In this document: piece by piece, positions 53,233 to 64,000 of the stretch | How the letters are laid out: each line of letters starts with the position of its first letter | Numbering within the stretch: the stretch's first letter is position 1 | DNA from: Trichinella spiralis | Taxonomy: Eukaryota | NCBI RefSeq assembly: GCF_000181795.1 | Contig: NW_003526940.1 | Coordinates: 2,189,854-2,253,853 of the forward strand | Length of the DNA: 64,000 nucleotides | Reading direction: 5' to 3' | Notes under the pieces: generated by a model | Told to the model about the DNA's origin: nothing | The model's database searches: none | What the model saw: the letters and a program-made list of their open reading frames with translations, nothing else | Program-made: the position numbers and the translations under genes

Positions 53233-54286
53233 TGTTGTCGACAGGTTTACTCGACAAGGACAAGGAACACACGTTCAGCAACTTTTTATATCCACCGTAT
53301 CCGGGATTACTGGTAAGTAGGTATCAATCTAGCATTAACTACAGTAAGAACAGTTCCGTTACAATATATAGAGTAAATTTTTATTTTCAGTATTTATTTC
53401 AAATGGAGATGTTTCCTGCGAACTGAAAAGTGACTATTTACTTTTGATTGAAGATGATGTTTCGAGCAAATTGCCGGCAGAAGCATTTTTTCCTTTTTCT
53501 CCAAAGCTAATGTACATTAAAGGTTCGATATGGTTAAGAGAAGCATGCAGTGTCTCCAATACAAACAAAAAAGCCGCAAAAGTAAGCACAAGAACAGCTA
53601 ATTCACAACAATTTTTTTTCTATATGAAATATTTAACTTTTGTATCATTGCATACTTCAGAGCGGGCTAGTCTGAACTCATCCGCATTCCATTTTCCCTA
53701 AACTCCGCCCCCTTTTTGTGATTGGCTTTACGCTGATAGGTTGCACGCGATTGATTGGTAATTGGCTAATGATTCTACTATTTTATTAGCTAATAATTAT
53801 GATAAGTGATTGGGTTAATAACTTTGCCATTTGATTAGCTATTAAGCTTTGATCAAGGATTGGGTGATTGTTATTTATCTACTCTTTACCTAATATGGGT
53901 GCATTACCATTAAAATACCTTATATGGACATAAAAAAGCATTTACTATTTTTTAAAGAAAAAGCTTTTTAAGATATGGTGTTAGCTATCTTTTATTGCGT
54001 TAAAGAAATTATAACAATAGCAAAGTTAATATGCTTCAAACTAATGTTTAACTTCTTTACATTTGCATATTCTTTGTGTATGTTGTTAAGAAGAGCATTT
54101 AACAAAATGTCTTGCAATATTCGAATATGGCTTTAAATAAGTGGTTATCTTAGTCAATAACATTAATGATTCTTCAGTTTTACATTTCATTGTTCACATA
54201 ATAACTTGCTTTTGTAATTTTATTTCTTCACATCTGTGCTAATCAGCAGACTACTTTGCACATAAACATTTCTGCCTTTCGCTACA
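53233..54286 (-). mobile_element. Putative solo LTR (about 1.05 kb)
   Basis: On the minus strand it starts TGTAGCG (54286) and ends GACAACA (53233). Order of motifs: several CCAAT boxes (53720-53865), GC box (53702-53711), TATA-like element near 53620, AATAAA at 53385-53380. No clean TSD because one flank is a TA microsatellite. Confidence 0.4.
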
Positions 54287-54592
54287 GGTATGTATGCATA
54301 GTATACATAGTATACTACTATGCAAATGTATAGTATGCAGCATCATGTTACAATAAGGATCAACAACAACTAACAAGCAATGAAAATCAACAATAACCAA
54401 CAATAAATAAGATCAACAACAAACAAGCGTGAACTATAATACAAGATATACAATATATGACAAAGACAAACTATACAATCATGAGGAATAAAAAATATAT
54501 ACAACAATAATGAATGAAATATATACAACAATAATAAACAGTGCAAAAGTACTATAATCGTAGTGGTTCAGGAGTATGATACGATATTGCAC

Positions 54593-55509
54593 TCAAAAAT
54601 GCTCAACAGTAATTTCATTATGAACCAATTTACCCGTAAGCGCAGCTACCCGTCGCTGCTGGACTCCGTAAGCTGCGCTACGTCTTACGGAGCCCCTTCC
54701 ATGCGCATAGCCATCATCTATTTGCCGCACCACCGTCTCAGTCTTACCCTGCTCATCAAGGATCAGTTGTAAAAACTGATAAAACCTCAGGTGGTGCTCT
54801 CGTGCTCTTTTGCTCATGCGGCTGTGCCAACCTTCCAGATGGTTGTTGGTCCGCACAGACACACCATGAACTTCCAAATCGGAANTTTTTGTTGCCGGNA
54901 AGNCCACTCTTGCTAAAAATATTGGAATAAGGCTTCCAGTTGACCCGACGTCCCAACTTTTNATGATTTTGAAACCCGNCGGGTACAANGGTGCAACGGA
55001 AAAAAATGCTAATGCCATCAGCANTTTTTACCTTTTTTTTGCTTACCTCCTGATTAATTCATATAATCAGTTAAGCCAAGCCGGCCGACCTGCCGAAGCA
55101 CAGCTTGGCAAAAGTGGAAGAAACAACCCTGCACCCGGGTGTTGGGAAAGTTGCCTTGAATTGCCGGGATCAAGGCTGTTTCGAAATCGCACACAAATTT
55201 CGCCACTTCAAGGTGAACGCCAAGTTCTTTCGCTTTAGAATGGAACACTTAAATATTCAGCTATACGTGGGCAGATCTTTCTTAGCAGTCAAACAATATA
55301 CGACGGGTAGCAGTTTACCCCTCAGGAACACATGAAGGGTAAACAACTGCTGGTACCAGCAGGGGACAATCTTAAACGTCCCATCCCCGCACCAGCAGTT
55401 ACTCTGAGCCAGCATCTTCACACCATCCTCTGTGGCAAAAATTAATATATCATTGGTCGGCGAAGAGCCTAAATGCGCACCGGATTTCGTTGTCAACTGC
55501 TCGGCAGTA
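54593..55509 (-). pseudogene. MULE (Mutator-like) transposase remnant 1
   Basis: Fragments WCGDGTFKIVPCWYQQLFTLH, VCDFETALIPAI...VQGCFFHFCQAV and RTNNHLEGWH in different frames with stops and Ns. It runs into the assembly gap. Confidence 0.9.
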
Positions 55510-56263
55510 NNNNNNNNNNNNNNNNNNNNNNNNNNNNNNNNNNNNNNNNNNNNNNNNNNNNNNNNNNNNNNNNNNNNNNNNNNNNNNNNNNNNNNNNNNN
55601 NNNNNNNNNNNNNNNNNNNNNNNNNNNNNNNNNNNNNNNNNNNNNNNNNNNNNNNNNNNNNNNNNNNNNNNNNNNNNNNNNNNNNNNNNNNNNNNNNNNN
55701 NNNNNNNNNNNNNNNNNNNNNNNNNNNNNNNNNNNNNNNNNNNNNNNNNNNNNNNNNNNNNNNNNNNNNNNNNNNNNNNNNNNNNNNNNNNNNNNNNNNN
55801 NNNNNNNNNNNNNNNNNNNNNNNNNNNNNNNNNNNNNNNNNNNNNNNNNNNNNNNNNNNNNNNNNNNNNNNNNNNNNNNNNNNNNNNNNNNNNNNNNNNN
55901 NNNNNNNNNNNNNNNNNNNNNNNNNNNNNNNNNNNNNNNNNNNNNNNNNNNNNNNNNNNNNNNNNNNNNNNNNNNNNNNNNNNNNNNNNNNNNNNNNNNN
56001 NNNNNNNNNNNNNNNNNNNNNNNNNNNNNNNNNNNNNNNNNNNNNNNNNNNNNNNNNNNNNNNNNNNNNNNNNNNNNNNNNNNNNNNNNNNNNNNNNNNN
56101 NNNNNNNNNNNNNNNNNNNNNNNNNNNNNNNNNNNNNNNNNNNNNNNNNNNNNNNNNNNNNNNNNNNNNNNNNNNNNNNNNNNNNNNNNNNNNNNNNNNN
56201 NNNNNNNNNNNNNNNNNNNNNNNNNNNNNNNNNNNNNNNNNNNNNNNNNNNNNNNNNNNNNNN
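55510..56263. other. Assembly gap (N run)
   Basis: Continuous Ns. Smaller gaps at 57658-57667 and 58544-58553. Confidence 1.
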
Positions 56264-56860
56264 GTATTGAGAAGGGTTGGTTTATTCGGGGAAGAAATTT
56301 TCGGCGCCTTTTTCTACGGTAGTTTAACTCGGTATGTCATTGGGCCATCAATTCGTCGTCTTTATTAGTTGTCCTTATCTAAAGGCTCATTGATTCAAAC
56401 TTTTCGGTGGTGATTAGGCTGTAATATTTTTCATTTCAGTGGTTTCAAATATTCCTTTTAGGATTACGTAACTTTAATAGTGGTGACGTAACATTAATAA
56501 TGAAAATATTCCTTATTTGGGAATTGTTTCAATCAAGATTTATAAGTTTTATCGTTCATTGAAATTTTGTTTTTCCAATATATTATTTAGTTTATACTTT
56601 TTAGTGATCAACGTTTTCAATAATAATTTTTATCATTATTCCATATTTTATTGTACCAGAGTGACTTATATCAAATGCGATAATAATAATTCAGAAAAAA
56701 CAATACGATACAAAAATAAATTAAATAGTGATTTTGATTTTTCACTAATCAAGAGCAGCAACAACAACAGTAAAGAACAGTCAACAACAACAACAATTAA
56801 ACAACATAACAGTGAACAATATTAACAAAGTGGGTATCAGAGAGATTTCAAAATCACAAA

Positions 56861-57600
56861 TTATTGTTTGTGGATTAAGATTGACGTAAGATCTTTATCC
56901 GTACATAAACAATAGACTGCTGGCACCAGCTTTCCCGCCAAAAAGGTATGGATGGGAAACAGCTTTTGATACCATTGTGGTACAACCTTGAATGTACCAT
57001 CCAATGCCCAGGTTCGCCTGGTTGCCATCAGTCCAATATTAGAACCCGTAGCCAATACTAATATATGCCTCGATGCACTCTGCCACAGCAAAAAATCTTC
57101 ACCGGCCATTGTTGTCCTGAATGCGTCAGGGATTTGCTGGTCCCGACAATGTTCAGGCAGTTTCAGGTATCGCTTTGACCGGTGGCTGTACATCGTGGAC
57201 TTCATTCGCCGAAAAAGCGGAAAATGGCTAGATGCAGATGCCACGGTGGACACGGCGGAAACTTCTTCATCGTAAATGGCGAGGATGGATTTTGTTTCTT
57301 CCGCGCTTCGTTTTTTCCAACCCGCCTTTTTTTCCATTTTGTATGCTAAGTGCTCATCCACTGGGCAGCTTTCGATGTGATCCTTTTGCGTGATCACATA
57401 TGTCACATTCAGGTTTGTCCATATGACACCCTTGCAGCCTTCTCTGCCCTATACCAAAGTAACCTAACCCTTAATAACGAAGGACACGGTTTGGTCCCAC
57501 TTGGGCTCAATTTTGTTCCCATTCGGTCCCACTTTTCACTTATTGGTCGTTGTCCTCGCTATTTTATTATTGGTCGTTGACCTCGCTATCTTATTAGTCC
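56861..57600 (-). pseudogene. MULE transposase remnant 2 (end of FLYWCH plus start of MULE domain) with short upstream repeats
   Basis: GCKGVIWTNLNVTYVITQKDHIESC (FLYWCH tail), then WALDGTFKVVPQWYQKLF...GKLVPAVYCLCTDKD, truncated. Repeats GGTCCCACTT x2 and TTATTGGTCGTTGxCCTCGCTAT x2 at 57493-57590. Confidence 0.88.
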
Positions 57601-57667
57601 GTAAAGTCTTTGTCGTATTGGATTTTCATAGAACAGTCAGACGGAAATCAAAAATGTNNNNNNNNNN

Positions 57668-60600
57668 ATGATACTACACAATAATAACAACGTGCTATAA
57701 TAAAATAATTCTGTTTACTGATGCACATATCCAACATTTGTCATTGCGATTCGTCCGCTTGAGGGTGTAACACCTTCCTCTGTACACCAATTTTTGTTGG
57801 TTCCTTTGAGTCGAAACAAACTGAATTTCATCACTCTCCATTAATAACAACTCACAAATACGAAGCACACAGCTACACGGAAAACCAGGGAAATAAATTT
57901 AACTGTTTTGCACTCCGTTTTAAATAACCATTTTGCAACCATTAAATAGTTTATGCACCGTTTCGGTTGATTTGTCTAGCTCAGTTAGCTGCGTCATGCA
58001 TTATGCCCAGCAGCATTTTACTTCCTGCTTCATAGTGTACTTCTCGTTTACTCCAGTATTAGTAATAATGGAATGCATTTCCAGGTCCATTTTCTGTTCA
58101 TTGCCGTCCAGTCCAGAAAGCCGTATCCATCACAATTTCAGCAGGCAAATTTCGGATGATGATGTCTGATCTTGTTTTGCTCCTTAGCTAATAACCCTCG
58201 AATGCTAAGCACCGAACTGAAACGCAAGACCAAAAAGGAAAATAAATTTGTCAGTTTAAATTCCATTTTAAATAATCATTTTGCAACAACATTTAGTTTT
58301 CATTTCTCATCTACAATTTAAGATCAACTTTTGTGATATTCGTTGTAGCGCCAACGCCTTTTATTGATGTTGACAGAAGATTATTAATCACAGACAAATG
58401 GAGCACATATGCTGACATCAAACAATGCGATGTCCACTGAAAATGATTTGAGCAGCTCAGCGCTTTGTGCTGTGTGCTGTCATCGCTTTTTTTCTGCTCG
58501 AATGCTCACTTTATTTATCGTGCATGAAAAAATACTGTCAAAANNNNNNNNNNTTGTCCCGCAATCCCCCCATCCCCGACAGAATAATAAAAATCATTCA
58601 CAACACAAATAGCGCACGAATGCTAACATCAAAGTATGCGATGTCCACTGCAGAGTGAATTTGAAGCAGCTTTAACTGCTATTCTGCTTCGTGCTGTCCT
58701 TTGCTTCCTTTTTGCTTTCAAAGTGTTTTACACTCATTTATCTCAGTTCATCAAAAAAATTACGTTTCAGTTAGCAATTAAATGAAATTTATGCATTAAA
58801 TGCTTTTCAGTTTGCGAGTAAATGTTCTGATGAGTAGCTAATGACGATTGTAATACAATGGAAAAATCAAAAAGTGATGAATTGTCCACAGCTGCAGTTG
58901 TCAGCTAAACTACGCATGGCAACTGCTAATTTGCTAGCATTTAAATACTTTTCTAATTTCAAGCTGACTGTTCTCTGATAATTTTTCCTGATAGCAATCA
59001 AAGAATTTTACTTTTAACTTCAGAAAGTTTTTACCTCTTTCGTCAGTGTTATTGTTTTCCTTCGTATATTTTATTTAAATAAAAAGTCTGCAATATTATT
59101 TACAAATCAAAGAACAAATTTAGTTTTATATATTTGGTGTAAATTGTGAACTTTCCATTATTACATCTGAACGAAACCGACTAGTGCGTTGGTGAAAACT
59201 TAAATCGCTAGATGCCTAATTTCTCACTTAATCGGATGACTTCTGTGGCCTCCAGATTTGTGGACAGTGTGCCACGGCAGCGTCTCATTCCCTAAATTGG
59301 AAACGAAATTGCAAGCTCATGATACTACACAATAATAACAACGTGCTATAATAAAATAATTCTGTTTACTGATGCACATATCCAACATTTGTCATTGCGA
59401 TTCGTCCGCTTGAGGGTGTAACACCTTCCTCTGTACACCAATTTTTGTTGGTTCCTTTGAGTCGAAACAAACTGAATTTCATCACTCTCCATTAATAACA
59501 ACTCACAAATACGAAGCACACAGCTACACGGAAAACCAGGGAAATAAATTTAACTGTTTTGCACTCCGTTTTAAATAACCATTTTGCAACCATTAAATAG
59601 TTTATGCACCGTTTCGGTTGATTTGTCTAGCTCAGTTAGCTGCGTCATGCATTATGCCCAGCAGCATTTTACTTCCTGCTTCATAGTGTACTTCTCGTTT
59701 ACTCCAGTATTAGTAATAATGGAATGCATTTCCAGGTCCATTTTCTGTTCATTGCCGTCCAGTCCAGAAAGCCGTATCCATCACAATTTCAGCAGGCAAA
59801 TTTCGGATGATGATGTCTGATCTTGTTTTGCTCCTTAGCTAATAACCCTCGAATGCTAAGCACCGAACTGAAACGCAAGACCAAAAAGGAAAATAAATTT
59901 GTCAGTTTAAATTCCATTTTAAATAATCATTTTGCAACAACATTTAGTTTTCATTTCTCATCTACAATTTAAGATCAACTTTTGTGATATTCGTTGTAGC
60001 GCCAACGCCTTTTATTGATGTTGACAGAAGATTATTAATCACAGACAAATGGCGCACATATGCTGACATCAAACAATGCGATGTCCACTGAAAAATGAAT
60101 TTGAAGCAGCTTCAAGCGCTTTTGTGCTTGGTTGGTGCTGTTCATCGCTTTTTTTCTGCTTCGAAGTGCTTCACTTTTATTTATCCGTGCCAATGAAAAA
60201 ATACTGTTCAAAAAAATGTCAGCCAACAGTTGCTTTCACTTGTCATATAAATTACCTTCTTAGCTAACAATTAAATGAGATTTATGCCTAATGTTCTTTT
60301 CTGTTTGTCAGATATTGTTCTGATGAAGGCTAGTTGAAGGCTATTTAAGTACAAAGGGAAAATCTACAATTGATAAATTGTCTACAGCTGCAGTTTTCAG
60401 CTAAAACTAGGAGTGGTGATTGCTGAATGTTAGCATCGAAACTTTTCTGATTTTGCCTGTCTGTTCTCTGAAAATGTTTCTAGTTTGCAGAAGAATTTAA
60501 TCTTCCAATCTTTCTTTCGCTCCTGTTCACAAGAGTTATTGTTTTTCTTCTTATGTTTCATTTAAATAAAAAATAAAATCTGGCATTTTGTTTAAAGTAA

Positions 60601-60700
60601 AAATTTGTGGTTATACATTTTGTGTAAATTGTATTAAATTTGTTTTTCAATATCTAAAGTAAACCCACTACTGAGTTGACTAAACATTCGAGTTGCAATT
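57668..60700. repeat. Tandem duplication: 57668-58540 matches 59319-60210 (offset 1651, near-identical); 58590-59200 is a diverged match to 60035-60700
   Basis: Identical 78-aa ORFs at 57933 and 59584 and direct sequence comparison. The older pair shares blocks such as GCGATGTCCACTG, TGTTCTGATGA, ACAGCTGCAGTT and CTGTTCTCTGA. Confidence 0.92.
59208..59492 (-). CDS. Candidate two-exon 68-aa FLYWCH-like mini-protein derived from a MULE transposase N-terminus
   Basis: Exon 59492-59370 MESDEIQFVSTQRNQQKLVYRGRCYTLKRTNRNDKCWICAS, 78-nt GTAAAC...TTTCCAATTTAG intron, exon 59291-59208 GMRRCRGTLSTNLEATEVIRLSEKLGI*. Could equally be a transposon relic. Confidence 0.5.
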
Positions 60701-62104
60701 TTGTATTACTATGTTTCAACATTCCAGATCAAAAAATATCTGTTGCATTTCGAAATTCTGTTGATTTTAGCAAACAAAACTGAAAGCAAAATTTTCTCTG
60801 TTGGCATCGTAAAAAGTCATTGCATGTCAAATTATGAAAACAAAAAATGACCTAGATAAACACGTTTATTTAACATCTCTTTGTTCAGTTATCTCTTCTT
60901 CAGACTGTTCATTTGTTGCTTCTATATTTTTGTAGAATAATGCAATTAGATAATAAAGATATTTAATTTGTAAAGAACAAAACCGTCAATTCTATTTTTC
61001 ATTTATTTCACTCCTCAATGCTTATCATTAGCTTGTGCTATTTTCCGTGTCGTAGGTTTGAGATGTGTTTTCGAATGATGAGAATAAATAATAATGAATT
61101 TCAGTTTGTATCTTGAAGAACCGACATAAGCCAATACACAAAGGGAGATGCCACACGCTGAAGTGCACAAATCATAATGACAAATACGGGTTGTGAATAA
61201 ACATACAAACAATGGCTTAATGTAGCACATTATTATTGTAATATTACAGCTAATCCATTTTTTCAATATAACGATTAGTTGGTAGCCGTGGCACAGTGTC
61301 TACAAGTTTAGAAATGGACTTTTTCCACGTTATCGTTGTATTGCCCATCTTGCCCATGGTATATATTGTAATAAAATTCAGATTTGCTTGTTGTTGTAAA
61401 ATGGAAATTTCTGTACTATACATTTGCTTAGTTCTGAAGCGCTTATATCGAATAGTAGAAAAGTTTCTGTGAAAACAGTCTGTTGATCAGCATAGATGTG
61501 AAAAAGTAAAATGCAAAAGCAAATTTACAAGAATAAAATTAAGCAATAAGATAATCTTTTGTGAACAGTGAAATGTAAAACGCAAAAGCTTTTTGAAAGC
61601 ATCATTTGCAAAGTCTAAAAACAAATATACACAGTTGCACGTTATAACTAAAAGCTTTTTCTTTTAAAAATGGTAAATGATTATTTATGTCTATATAAAG
61701 TAATTCAATGGTAATTCACCTCATATTTCGTAACAAGTGAATTCGAGAAGAACGAAAAGAAAAAAAATTTAACCATCATCAAAAGAATAACTTTTCATTT
61801 ATTGGGAAAATACACAAATACCAAAGAAATCATTAAGCATCAGATGAAAAATGAATACAATGTATCGGCAATAACAAGCTCATTAAAGAACAATAAACTT
61901 CACATTCGAATGCTAATAAATATAATTCCGCAGACGAAGCGACAAATATATTCGAGTATTGGAAGCCACTTTTGGATTATTACGTTTCATTGTTTTATGT
62001 GTTCTTCGATTATTATATCTCTCGCTTCACTTGGCTGTCACATGACAGTTGCTCGTGATATTTCTTTCCAAAACTTGATGGCAATGTAAGCATTGCAATC
62101 GTCC

Positions 62105-62812
62105 AATCATCACGTTTGATATGTCTCTGGGAATGTTCCTAATGCTTCGAGGACGCGCACATGTAATTCCATTTGATTCATCAATTGTCGAAGACGCAAT
62201 AAGTTCCATTCAGTGGTAACCACTGGCAGCTTTTACTGTTCTTTCATATGCTCTTCAATTATTACTTCTTGTTTTCTAATTCATCATGGCAATGCGGGCG
62301 GGCATCGCGGCTTCGTCATTTGTTCGTCAAAGAACGACCTGCTATTGGTGGAGCAACGTTTCCAGTGAGGAGTGATCAGAGATAGCTGAAGTTCTGGATC
62401 ATGTTGGCGTCGTGTTGGCATGTATCGAAGTTCTAAACTCGTCCTGAAATCCTTGCCAATCACGAAAATTTCCATCAAACTTCTTTATTTCCAGCTTTGG
62501 AAGTCGCACATTGGGGAATGTGTTCTGATTGAGTGGATCAGATGTTCCCCTGTTACTGGATCCATTTGCACGTTCTGCAGAGTTCCAGTATCTTTGAACT
62601 GAGAGTTTGTCGTTCGTCGAAAAAATCGTCAATATTTTCCATTGCTTCGCTGATCGGTCAGAGATTTTCACCAAGCAGATCTGTCTGCGCTCTTTTTCAC
62701 TATCCAAAGTATCATTCAGATCGTCAATGGCTGATGTCAGCCAACGCAATTGAGGAATAATGAAGCAATTTGTCCATCTCAAGTATCGATCTGAACAGTT
62801 TCAAATTCGCCA
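62105..62812 (-). pseudogene. BEL/Pao retrotransposon gag remnant (DUF1759-like)
   Basis: VRLPKLEIKKFDGNFRDWQGFQDEFRTSIHAN, then after a frameshift IQNFSYL*SLLTGNVAPPIAG and KQEVIIEEHMKE*KLPVV...LRQLMNQMELHVRVLEALG. Several stops and no pol downstream. Confidence 0.88.
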
Positions 62813-62912
62813 TTTAATTTTTGTAGAGAAGCCGTTCTGAAATCTCAACTTCTTCAGTCAATGAGGTTCTGCTTCTCAGAGACTGTCCCGTCTGCGAAAT
62901 CCGTCGCTGTGT

Positions 62913-63340
62913 TCCAGGTTCGTCGTACCAAAACATGTAGCAGCCGCGTCGAATAATTCTGGCTACATTTGATATGATAGTCAGGTTCTTTGTGACCATT
63001 TCTGTCTAGGTAGAAAGTCAAGTTTAATATCGATTATCCAACTTCTGTCACGTCAACACCACTTTCACGTTGCGTTCGGGAAATAAGAAGCACAACGGAG
63101 TGATGACACAACTTTATTCTGGCCATATGAACAAAGTCAACCAATAACTAAATCGTATCCGTTAAGAGTCACAACTACACAAGTTAAGCTACAGTCACAC
63201 GCGTTTCAACACGTCAGTTCTCCAAACTTCCGCCAATCAATCAGTCTTCCCTTCTCTCTCCTTCTTTTTCAGTTCTACTGTAATGATATTCAGGTTCCAA
63301 CACGTCAACTACAAAATCCTTTCTTTTGTCGTTTACAACA
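62913..63340 (-). mobile_element. 5' LTR (63340-62936) and primer-binding site (62930-62913) of the BEL/Pao element
   Basis: Minus strand TGTTGTAAAC...AATAAA...GCTACA (405 bp, TG...CA), followed after 5 nt by TGGTACGACGAACCTGGA and then the gag ATG at 62812. No second LTR in the window. Confidence 0.7.
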
Positions 63341-64000
63341 TAATGATTTCAAAAGCTCTGTTTTAACTGTTATTGCAATATTAAAAATAGTTTTTCTGAT
63401 AATATATTATTCATCTTGTGAAATCAGTAAACCATAAATAATTTATTATTATGTTCAGCTGAAGGAAGACTGCTGAGTATTTCACCTTGAAAATCAATAA
63501 ATACTGTAGAAATACAGTAGTAATAGAACTGGCGTGGTGATGTGGGATGATTAATATGGAAAGTTGGTATGAATATGTAGTACAGAAGAATAATTAATTG
63601 GTTTGTTGGCATTGTTGCGATTAAACTGCTGCAGTTTTATAAGTAAAACCCGCGGGCTGGGATTTCACAGGTATAAGTTCAAATTGTAGTGTTTTTGACA
63701 AACTCTTGCCACGTCATTTCATCCTTTTTAGAATTAATCGCTAATGAGGTTGATGAATTAGTGGAACTCGTTCAAGATTCATCGTACAAAAACCTTAAAT
63801 GACGCCTGCTGTAACGTTTTGGCATATCTAAAATGTAGCGCTTTTTTGTAATTACTACTCCATTGGCAGTTGGAAACGTGAAGTCGTTCTAGATGTTTCG
63901 TGATGAACTAAAGTTGCGGCAATGCTATCGACCAGAATGCATGGTTTCTCCGTAACCAATTTTTGTGTTGTCTACTTGTGAACATGGAAATGATAATTGA

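Noticed and set aside
55432..56368. Long ORFs of 265-296 aa
   Set aside because: They consist almost entirely of Ns from the assembly gap.
57933..58169. Duplicated 78-aa plus-strand ORF (also 59584-59820)
   Set aside because: TTG start and no motif. The identity reflects the DNA duplication, not selection.
61015..61266. 83-aa minus-strand ORF, and exon-like patches at 63450-64000
   Set aside because: No recognisable domain and no consistent splice chain within the window.
1..64000. CRISPR arrays, tRNA, rRNA or prokaryote-type defence systems
   Set aside because: No repeat-spacer array, cloverleaf or rRNA-like segment was seen, and the DNA is intron-containing eukaryotic sequence.

Overview
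AT-rich, intron-dense eukaryotic DNA. A cuticle collagen, many short introns and the MULE/Buster/Ginger/BEL repertoire point to a nematode, most consistent with a clade I species such as Trichinella (inferred, not proven). Genes in order: 3' part of a RIMS-binding protein (+), cuticle collagen (-), RBM26/27 (-), SWAP splicing factor (-), an orphan coiled-coil gene (-), an ERG/FLI1/FEV-type ETS factor (-), hnRNP L (+), a divergent 7TM receptor (-), Cu/Zn SOD (+) and a small orphan gene (-). Degenerate transposons: two hAT/Buster remnants (one with both TIRs and a perfect 8-bp TSD), a Ginger2/TDD element, two MULE transposase remnants, a BEL/Pao LTR-gag fragment and a possible solo LTR. The last 11 kb is repeat-rich with assembly gaps. 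I see no wholly new multi-gene system. The best leads are candidate poison exons in SWAP intron 1, CA-rich blocks and stop-carrying candidate exons in a long hnRNP L intron, and a transposase-derived FLYWCH mini-ORF split by a clean GT-AG intron. All gene models were spliced by eye and no searches were run.
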